Shown: in pieces, positions 18,947-25,601 of the stretch
Layout of the letters: the number at the start of each line of letters is the position of its first letter
Position numbering within the stretch: position 1 is the stretch's first letter
Assembly: GCA_041554155.1 (NCBI GenBank)
Contig: JBFFMI010000003.1
Span: 1 to 43,516 of the forward strand
Length of the DNA stretch: 43,516 nucleotides
From: Anaerolineales bacterium
GTDB taxonomy: Bacteria > Chloroflexota > Anaerolineae > Anaerolineales > E44-bin32
Direction: 5' to 3'
The notes under the pieces: generated by a model
What the model saw: the letters and a program-made list of their open reading frames with translations, nothing else
What the model was told of the DNA's origin: nothing
Database searches by the model: none
Program-made: the position numbers and the translations under genes

Positions 18947-20143
18947 TTAGTTTACCACCTCAGCCATTTGTGTGACCACATAGTCGACCTGCGCTTCCGT
19001 CATCACACCGGAGAATGGCAAGGCCAGGCAACGGCGTCCCTGGTCATCGGTGATCGGGAAGTCGCCCATCTGGTAGCCAAAGCGCTCGATGAAATAAGGC
19101 TGGGTATGGATCGGGACAAAATAAGGGCGGGTCGGAACGCCACGAGCCTCGAGTCGTTCGGCCAACTGCAGCCGATCGAGTCCCGCTTGCAAACGCACCA
19201 CAAAGACGAACCAACTCATTCGATCCGTGTCTTGTGTAATCGTCACAGGCTCAATAAACGGCAGCTCACGCAAACGCTCCTGATACCAATTTGCCACTCT
19301 CTCTCGCTTCTCAATCAATTCGTCCAGTCGCCCCATCTGCACTCGCCCGAGAGCTGCGCTGAGCTCATTCAAGCGGTAGTTGTATCCAAGGTGTGTGTGT
19401 TCAAGCCATGTATCACCGGGTGCTCGCCCCTGGTTGCGCATCGCTCGAATCGCTTTAGCATAGGTGTCGTTATTTGTGACGACAATACCGCCTTCGGCTG
19501 TAGTAATCTGTTTGTTGGGATAGAAAGCAAACACACCCAGATCCCCCAGCATACCAGCCGGTGTACCGGCATAGATCGAACCTAAGGCCTCACACGAGTC
19601 TTCGATCAAGATCAGGTTGTACTCTTCGGCAATCGTTTGCAGTTGTTGGTAAGCTGCAGGTTGACCGAAGACATCTACCGGCAGGAGCGCCTTCAACGGT
19701 CCCGGGTTTTCCGCCCCTTTACGTGGCAGCCAGCGCCTGGCAGCTTCACCACCAGCAGCAAGGTCCGCAGCGGCCTGCCGGACAAGATCCGGGTTGATGT
19801 TCCCGGTCTCAGGATCAATATCGACGAAGACCGGTATGGCACGCTCGTACAGCATCACATTGGCGGAAGCAACAAAAGAGAACGGGGTTGTGATCACGAG
19901 ATCACCCTCGCTGATACCCGCAGCACGGACGCAGAGGTGCAAACCCGTCGTCCCCGAACTCACCGCAATGGCGTGTTTTGCACCCACACGCGCTGCGATT
20001 GCCCGCTCAAATTGTTCTACCTCGGGTCCCATACTCAAACTCGGCGTGTGCAAGACGTCGAGCACCGCTTGTCGTTCGGCGTCGGTGATATCCGGGGCCG
20101 ACATGGGGATTCTCATTAAGTCTGTTGTTGGTTTTTCGGTCAA
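18947..20143 (-). CDS. DegT/DnrJ/EryC1/StrS-family NDP-ketosugar aminotransferase (PglE/EpsN-like role)
   Basis: 'VSSGTTGLH', 'EDSCEALG', 'FAFYPNKQITTAEGG' (PLP Lys), 'GYNYRL'; TTG start after GAGG. Confidence 0.92.
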   Translation of the reverse strand: MTEKPTTDLMRIPMSAPDITDAERQAVLDVLHTPSLSMGPEVEQFERAIAARVGAKHAIAVSSGTTGLHLCVRAAGISEGDLVITTPFSFVASANVMLYERAIPVFVDIDPETGNINPDLVRQAAADLAAGGEAARRWLPRKGAENPGPLKALLPVDVFGQPAAYQQLQTIAEEYNLILIEDSCEALGSIYAGTPAGMLGDLGVFAFYPNKQITTAEGGIVVTNNDTYAKAIRAMRNQGRAPGDTWLEHTHLGYNYRLNELSAALGRVQMGRLDELIEKRERVANWYQERLRELPFIEPVTITQDTDRMSWFVFVVRLQAGLDRLQLAERLEARGVPTRPYFVPIHTQPYFIERFGYQMGDFPITDDQGRRCLALPFSGVMTEAQVDYVVTQMAEVVN

Positions 20144-20162
20144 GGCTTCCTCACAGTCGCAA

Positions 20163-21263
20163 TTAATCCCGGGGCCAGATGGTTCCAGCTCGCACTACCT
20201 GGCCGGCAGGCACATCAGCTTTTATGACCGCGGAATTCCCAATCATAGCGCCCGACCCGATGTTGACATGCAGGTTGATGGTAACACCCATACCAACCAG
20301 GACGCTTTCCCCTATCGTCACATTGCCTGCCAGGAGCGCGCCTGGGGCGATATTCACGTAATCGGCCAGGTTACAGTCGTGCGAAACAACGGCAGCGGTG
20401 TTGACTATCACGCCCAATCCAAGCCGCACCTCACTACCAATATATGCATGGGGAAATGTTTGAACCCCAGCTTCCAAGCTTACGCTTGGCTCCACCCAGG
20501 CGCTTGGGTGGATCAAATTCGGGAGCTCGAAACCGTTCACTTGAAGCCGCTCGAACACCTTAGTACGGCTGCTCATATCTCCGATGCCCCCGACCGCGTT
20601 CACCGCCTGGCGAATCCCTTGCTCGCTCAAACTGCGCAGCTCTGCAGCCCCGCCAACCACAGGGATCCCCATGATCTCCACACCCACCGTCAAACCATCA
20701 TCGATGATCCCCGCAATGCGGTATGAACCAATTGCATGGATGAGATCGATCAGCGCCTTGCCATGCCCTCCCCCGCCATAAATAATCAGAGCGGAGCTGT
20801 CGAGCGGTCGATCTGATTTCACCACCCCCCCACCTCCATCGCTGATCATGCGTAGAACTTCCGCTTCGGTGATGAGTATATCTTGTGGAAGATCTTCCAG
20901 ATCTAGTCCACTGGCCCTGGCGAGCTCAAGCGCCGGTCTTGTGATGCGCATGGTTTGAGGTAGTGCTTCCCTATCGGAAACCAGGTCTTCCTCGGGCTCT
21001 TCAGGTGGAACCCAGCTCGCATCATCGGCCAGCCAGCACAATCGCTCTCCAGCCCGGAGCTTATCGCCCTTTGCTTTGCCTAAGGCGACAACATACCCTT
21101 CCCGCTCGGCTGATATCTCGTGGGTTGACTTGGTCGTTTCCACTGTACACAGAAGCTCGCCAGCCGCCAGTTTCTGTCCTTCTGCTACATGGACTTCGAC
21201 AATCTGGACCTCAGGTTCGTTGGGGTTGAGCAGAGGAACAATCACCGCAAAGGCCTCAGACAT
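20163..21263 (-). CDS. Fusion of lipoyl domain, peripheral subunit-binding-like domain and PglD/NeuD-type sugar acyltransferase (hexapeptide beta-helix)
   Basis: N-terminal 'VAEGQKLAAGELLCTVETTKSTHEISAEREG' (lipoyl fold, Lys45); acidic linker; 'ITRPALELARASGLDLEDL' (PSBD-like); 'LIIYGGGGHG', 'LIHPSA', 'NTAAVVSHDC' and hexapeptide repeats. ATG 21263 after GGAG. Confidence 0.85.
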   Translation of the reverse strand: MSEAFAVIVPLLNPNEPEVQIVEVHVAEGQKLAAGELLCTVETTKSTHEISAEREGYVVALGKAKGDKLRAGERLCWLADDASWVPPEEPEEDLVSDREALPQTMRITRPALELARASGLDLEDLPQDILITEAEVLRMISDGGGGVVKSDRPLDSSALIIYGGGGHGKALIDLIHAIGSYRIAGIIDDGLTVGVEIMGIPVVGGAAELRSLSEQGIRQAVNAVGGIGDMSSRTKVFERLQVNGFELPNLIHPSAWVEPSVSLEAGVQTFPHAYIGSEVRLGLGVIVNTAAVVSHDCNLADYVNIAPGALLAGNVTIGESVLVGMGVTINLHVNIGSGAMIGNSAVIKADVPAGQVVRAGTIWPRD

Positions 21264-21350
21264 GGGTTTCTCCATTATCGAGTTCAAACATAAGATCAGT
21301 TCCAACCATCGTCGCTTGAAGGCCAAGACCCACAGCAGGCACCCATGCGA

Positions 21351-22346
21351 TCATCTTTCCATCATCCCGAGCGCCAATTCGACAATCTCATCCACCTGTG
21401 GAAGAACTTCCTGCTCGAGCGTTGCCGCTGCTGGGACGGGCATATTTCTGGCTGCCGCTCGCCCAAATCTCACGTTGGAACGAATATTTTCAAGTGACCT
21501 TGCGGCAAGTTCGGCACTCCAACCCAAATTCAAACTACCTTCTTCAATGGCCAGTATCTTTCCTGTCTTGCGCACGCTCTCATAGAATGGTTCGAGATCG
21601 AAGGGGCTTAATTGAGTCGGAACCACCAATTCGACGAAGATCTCTTTTTCATAAGCCAATTTATGCATCACCTCACGTCCAATTTCCGCCATATAGCCAT
21701 AAGCTGCTAGCGTGAGATCAGCACGTGGCGCACCAGCAATTCCCACTATCGACCATGGATAAGCCCCGCTTACTTTGTGCATCTCAAACTCGCGCCCGGG
21801 AGAGAAGGTAGAAAGCGGATACAGCAGCTTATGCTCAACCAGCAACACAGGATCATCGTCTTCAAGGATAGCCTGGATGAGCACCTGCTCAGGTGCAACA
21901 TAGGTATTGAGTGCCAGGACACGCAAACCGGCTGCGCCCAAGAAGTGCTTCTCCAGCGTTTGGCTGTGTGTCGGTCCGTATCCCCGGTATCCCCCCATTG
22001 GAGTCCTCACGACCAGCGGCACTCGAACCTGATCATTGCTCATCCATCGAAATTTTGCAGCGTGGTTGATGAGTTGATCGGCAGCCAGGGTGAGGAAATC
22101 CCCGAACATAATCTCCACAATAGGGCGCAAACCCCGTAGCGCCATCCCGACTCCCAAGCCTACAATTCCAGCTTCGGATACCGGGGTGGTTATTACCCTC
22201 TCTGGATAATCGGTGGACAATCCCCTGGCCACTTTAAAGGCACCCCCATAGGGATCGAGAATATCTTCTCCTAACAGATATACGTCAGCGGATTTCTCCA
22301 GGCAGTGGCGTAAACCAGCATTGATCCGATCCAGGAATGTCGTCAT
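21351..22346 (-). CDS. 2-oxoacid dehydrogenase E1 beta subunit (PdhB/AcoB-like)
   Basis: 'LLGEDI', 'TPVSEAGIVG..GMALRGLRPIVEIMFGDF', 'DQLIN', 'HSQ', 'DPVLLVEHKLLY'; ATGA overlap with E1 alpha. Confidence 0.92.
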   Translation of the reverse strand: MTTFLDRINAGLRHCLEKSADVYLLGEDILDPYGGAFKVARGLSTDYPERVITTPVSEAGIVGLGVGMALRGLRPIVEIMFGDFLTLAADQLINHAAKFRWMSNDQVRVPLVVRTPMGGYRGYGPTHSQTLEKHFLGAAGLRVLALNTYVAPEQVLIQAILEDDDPVLLVEHKLLYPLSTFSPGREFEMHKVSGAYPWSIVGIAGAPRADLTLAAYGYMAEIGREVMHKLAYEKEIFVELVVPTQLSPFDLEPFYESVRKTGKILAIEEGSLNLGWSAELAARSLENIRSNVRFGRAAARNMPVPAAATLEQEVLPQVDEIVELALGMMER

Positions 22347-23263
22347 GCGCTGGCACCCAGGGCTGGCGTGATGTCGCTTGGGGTCGCCATCGGATCGCTT
22401 TGAGCCTGTTCAAAAGCCGCGTCCACCTCGGCTGTTACCTCGGTTTCTACATCATCGATCTCACCCGTCTTTACCGCTGAGCGGATCATGATCAACGGAT
22501 CGCGTTGTTGGAAATGTGCGATTTCATCTGGGTCACGCACATCATCCCCTTTGGAGTGGGGTGCAAAGCGGTAGGTATCAATGATCAGGGCTTGTGGACC
22601 CTTTCCCTTGCGAACGTGAGAGACCAAGCGCTCCGTTTCTTCCCCGATCTGTTGCACCTCGGTGCTGTCGATGTGTTTGGCAGTGATCCCAAAAGCCCCA
22701 AACCGTGCGGCGATATCTCCGGCCAGGTTCAAGGCGATCGGCGTGCTTTGTGCATAGCGGTTGTTTTCACAGATAAACAGTACTGGCAAGTTCCAGAGAG
22801 AGGCCATATTCAGGCTCTCATAAACGACCCCTTCTCCAAGCGTGCCATCACCCATGAAGGCAAATACGACTGCCCCGGGCTCCCTCTCCCTCAGCGCAAA
22901 CGCCATCCCTGTTGCAAGTGGGATGGTGCCTCCCAGTATTCCATTCGCATAAAAGTTGCGCCACTGGATATGCTGGCTTCCACCTCTTCCCCCACAAACG
23001 CCCGTGGAACGGCCCATCAGCTCAGCCGCCAGAGCATGCATTGAGCCGCCATAGGCAAGAAAGTGACCATGACAGCGGTGGTTGCTCACGACGATGTCGC
23101 TTTTGTCCAACCAGTTAAGCACCCCTACGGCGTTCGCTTCCTGCCCGATATAGGTATGCGTGGTCCCATAAAATAGCCCGCGCGGGAAGAGTTCGAGGAC
23201 TTTCTCCTCAAAACGGCGAATTCGTAGCATGGCACGGTAGGAATCAGCAGGAGTGGACTTCAT
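22343..23263 (-). CDS. ThDP-dependent dehydrogenase E1 alpha subunit (PdhA/AcoA-like)
   Basis: 'IRRFEE', 'HTYIGQEA', 'HRCHGH', 'GRGGSQH', ThDP motif 'GDG...ENN', 'TYRFAPHSKGD'. Confidence 0.93.
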   Translation of the reverse strand: MKSTPADSYRAMLRIRRFEEKVLELFPRGLFYGTTHTYIGQEANAVGVLNWLDKSDIVVSNHRCHGHFLAYGGSMHALAAELMGRSTGVCGGRGGSQHIQWRNFYANGILGGTIPLATGMAFALREREPGAVVFAFMGDGTLGEGVVYESLNMASLWNLPVLFICENNRYAQSTPIALNLAGDIAARFGAFGITAKHIDSTEVQQIGEETERLVSHVRKGKGPQALIIDTYRFAPHSKGDDVRDPDEIAHFQQRDPLIMIRSAVKTGEIDDVETEVTAEVDAAFEQAQSDPMATPSDITPALGASA

Positions 23264-23312
23264 GGATGCATAAGGCGCTCAGCGCGGGAAACTCGCGGCT
23301 TTACCGTCGGCA

Positions 23313-23321
23313 ATCATACCA
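23313..23321 (-). promoter_or_regulatory. Extended -10 promoter for the E1alpha-E1beta-fusion-DegT unit
   Basis: TGgTATGAT on the minus strand, about 50 nt upstream of the E1 alpha ATG and just past a terminator-like hairpin. Confidence 0.5.
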
Positions 23322-23339
23322 CTGCTTCCATAATGAATA

Positions 23340-23369
23340 CGAGCCGCCCCCCAACATTGGGAGCGGCTC
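23340..23369 (-). terminator. Hairpin, probable terminator after the CC1-like gene
   Basis: CGAGCCGC...GCGGCTCG stem with inner CCCAA/TTGGG; AT-rich flanks. Confidence 0.65.
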
Positions 23370-23399
23370 GTTTAACCCGATTTTTGGGTTTACGTCCAA

Positions 23400-23585
23400 T
23401 TACATATTGGCTTCGCCGAAGTCCTTACCAACAATGCGCCAAGCTTCGTGTGTTCCAGCTGGTGCCTTGGTTACGGCAAAGAACTGCACACGACCCTTGT
23501 CGGATACTTTCTTTTCAATCCGCCAATCAGCAGATTTGAACTTGGTCTTGGACTTCACATCATAAAATTCAAGGGTTTCTTTCAT
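23400..23585 (-). CDS. Small basic protein resembling crenarchaeal chromatin protein CC1
   Basis: 61 aa MKETLEFYDVKSKTKFKS...KGRVQFFAVTKAPAGTHEAWRIVGK; AGGAGG RBS; own promoter and terminator. The L-x-F-Y-D-x-K...F-A-V-x-K...R-x-x-G-K pattern matches CC1 as I recall it. Confidence 0.7.
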   Translation of the reverse strand: MKETLEFYDVKSKTKFKSADWRIEKKVSDKGRVQFFAVTKAPAGTHEAWRIVGKDFGEANM

Positions 23586-23625
23586 CACGATCCTCCTAGT
23601 AAATTTTTGGCACTTATTGTGCACC

Positions 23626-23654
23626 ATGCTACCCGTTCTCACAGGTTTGTGCAA
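23626..23654 (-). promoter_or_regulatory. Sigma70-type promoter for the CC1-like gene
   Basis: TTGCAC-N17-TAGCAT on the minus strand, about 40 nt upstream of the ATG. Confidence 0.5.
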
Positions 23655-23694
23655 GCATTTGCTCTTTTGGATATCTGTGCAATTTATAGACAAA

Positions 23695-24375
23695 CTATGG
23701 CGTCGATTCTCCTTCGGTCCCCATAAATTCTTCTGCTGTTGCATGACCGGGCTGGCTGATGCCTTCTCGAGTCAATACCTTCCAGAGCGTCATCAGGAGG
23801 ATCTTGAGATCAAGCCAGAATGACCAGTGGTCGACATACCAGACGTCAAACTTGAATTTGTCCTCCCATGTCAGCGCATTACGCCCATTGACTTGAGCCC
23901 AGCCTGTTATCCCTGGTAGGACTTCGTGGCGCCGAGCCTGCTCTGGAGAGTAGCGTTCTAGGTACTGCACCAGCAAGGGGCGTGGTCCAACCAGGCTCAT
24001 CTCCCCGCGCAGCACGTTGAACAACTCCGGGAGCTCATCCAGGCTGAAAGACCGTAAAAACCGCCCCAATCTGCCCAATCTCTGGGCATCGGGCAGGTAG
24101 GCCCCGGTTTCATCCCGGGCATCCATCATGCTGCGAAATTTGTAAACAGCGAAGAGCTGGCCATGGTATCCCGGCCTCACCTGGCTGAAAAGAACCGGAC
24201 TCCCGAGCTTCCAGCGCACCAAAACAGCGATGATCAACAGGAGCGGGCTTGCCAAAACCAGCCCGGGCAGGGTTATTAGGAGATCGAAAAGCCGCTTTGA
24301 CAGCGGGATTCCAGCGGGGAATACACCGGTTTTTACCTTACGCGCTGATTCTGGAGGGTGACCGGGGTTAGGCAT
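23695..24375 (-). CDS. Monotopic phosphoglycosyltransferase (PglC/EpsL-like, polyprenyl-P sugar-1-P transferase)
   Basis: 'KRLFD', 'KFRSM', 'SLDELPELFNVLRGEMSLVGPRP', 'PGITGWAQVNGRN', 'DVWYV'. Confidence 0.92.
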   Translation of the reverse strand: MPNPGHPPESARKVKTGVFPAGIPLSKRLFDLLITLPGLVLASPLLLIIAVLVRWKLGSPVLFSQVRPGYHGQLFAVYKFRSMMDARDETGAYLPDAQRLGRLGRFLRSFSLDELPELFNVLRGEMSLVGPRPLLVQYLERYSPEQARRHEVLPGITGWAQVNGRNALTWEDKFKFDVWYVDHWSFWLDLKILLMTLWKVLTREGISQPGHATAEEFMGTEGESTP

Positions 24376-25600
24376 CGGGGCCTCCCGCTTGCTGCACCAG
24401 ACTCACCATGATCTTTTCAAGATCTTCAGCCAGACTGACCCGATCATAGTGCGTGTTCACCCAGCGCCGCCCGGCCTCACCCATCTTCCGTGCATTCTCC
24501 CGGTTTGAGGCGAGCTGCTGGACGGCATCAGCGAGGGCCTGGGGGTTCCCGGGTTGGGCGAATAACCCTGCCTCTCCCTGCTCCACGACCTTGCGTATGA
24601 CCCCATCGATTGCACAAACGACGGGCAAGCTCGCTGCCATATAATCAAACACCTTGTTGGGATAGGTCGTCTTATAGGCATCAATCGCCATCAAAATTGC
24701 AAGGCCGGCATCTGCCTGGGCGAGGAGCCCGGGCATATCCTGCTTTGCTGCAGGATCAAGGAAGTGAACCCTTTCAAGCCTTCGCTTTCTTGCCATGGCT
24801 TGCAGCGCTGCTTTCTCTTTGCCGTCACCCACCAGCACAATATGGATATCTGTGCTTGCTTTTAAGATCTCGGCAGCGGATAGCAGGGTTGTCAGATCGT
24901 TGGACAATCCATGTGCACCCGCATACAGCAGCAGGAATCCATCGCCAACTTCCAGCCTTTCTCTCAAATCCCCTTTCGCCCCGGCCTGGGCAAATAAACC
25001 ACAGTCAACCCCGTTGGGCACAATTTCCACACGCCCCGCGCCACGGGCTCGCACATGTTCAACATACCCCGGCGAGTTCACAACGACGACGTCAGCCGCC
25101 CTGTATAATCGCCGCTCGAGCCAGGTAGACATTCCAATTATTAGCCGCGCTCGCAGCACACCGCTTTCAATCGCAAAGTATGGCCATAGATCACGAATTT
25201 CAAGGACGAAGGGCAACCGGCGCAATCGAGCCAGCAGCGCTGCGCTTACAGCCTGAAAAATTGGAGGGGAGGTACCCCACACAAGATCTAGTTCCTTTAT
25301 TCTTAATCCAGCGATGAAAGATCGAAACATAAAGCTAAAGAAACTCAAAAGACGATGGAAAAATGAGCGATGCCAGGCGTGGTAGCCAGGAATTCGCCAA
25401 ATTTCAACGCCCACATCGTCAAACTGGGGGCCTCTTTCGACATGGCGAGCCGTCCGATCACCGGTCAGGTAGCTGCCCTGGCCCGTAATGATGGTAACGG
25501 GGTGTCCTCTGCCTTGAAGATGGCGCGCAAGCTCATGGTGGCGGGTACCCCCCGGCTCATCCAGCGCTGCGAATGCCTGGTGGATCAGCAGGATCTTCAT
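24368..25600 (-). CDS. Glycosyltransferase family 4 (WbuB-like)
   Basis: 'TSPP', 'EIRDLWP', 'PNGVD', 'PNKVFDYMAASLPV'. Confidence 0.9.
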   Translation of the reverse strand: MKILLIHQAFAALDEPGGTRHHELARHLQGRGHPVTIITGQGSYLTGDRTARHVERGPQFDDVGVEIWRIPGYHAWHRSFFHRLLSFFSFMFRSFIAGLRIKELDLVWGTSPPIFQAVSAALLARLRRLPFVLEIRDLWPYFAIESGVLRARLIIGMSTWLERRLYRAADVVVVNSPGYVEHVRARGAGRVEIVPNGVDCGLFAQAGAKGDLRERLEVGDGFLLLYAGAHGLSNDLTTLLSAAEILKASTDIHIVLVGDGKEKAALQAMARKRRLERVHFLDPAAKQDMPGLLAQADAGLAILMAIDAYKTTYPNKVFDYMAASLPVVCAIDGVIRKVVEQGEAGLFAQPGNPQALADAVQQLASNRENARKMGEAGRRWVNTHYDRVSLAEDLEKIMVSLVQQAGGPDA

Positions 25601-25601
25601 C

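Noticed and set aside
19794-20726. 310-aa plus-strand ORF (also the 225-aa ORF at 18908..19585)
   Set aside because: Antisense shadows of the well-supported DegT and acyltransferase genes; no recognisable motifs.
21024-21263. N-terminal domain of the fusion as a biotin carrier
   Set aside because: It lacks the AMKM biotinylation motif, no carboxylase is nearby, and E1 genes plus a PSBD-like segment fit lipoyl.
21351-23263. Reading E1 alpha/beta as the housekeeping pyruvate or acetoin dehydrogenase
   Set aside because: No E2 catalytic core or E3 nearby; the lipoyl partner is fused to a sugar acyltransferase within a glycan locus, so pdhA/pdhB symbols were withheld.
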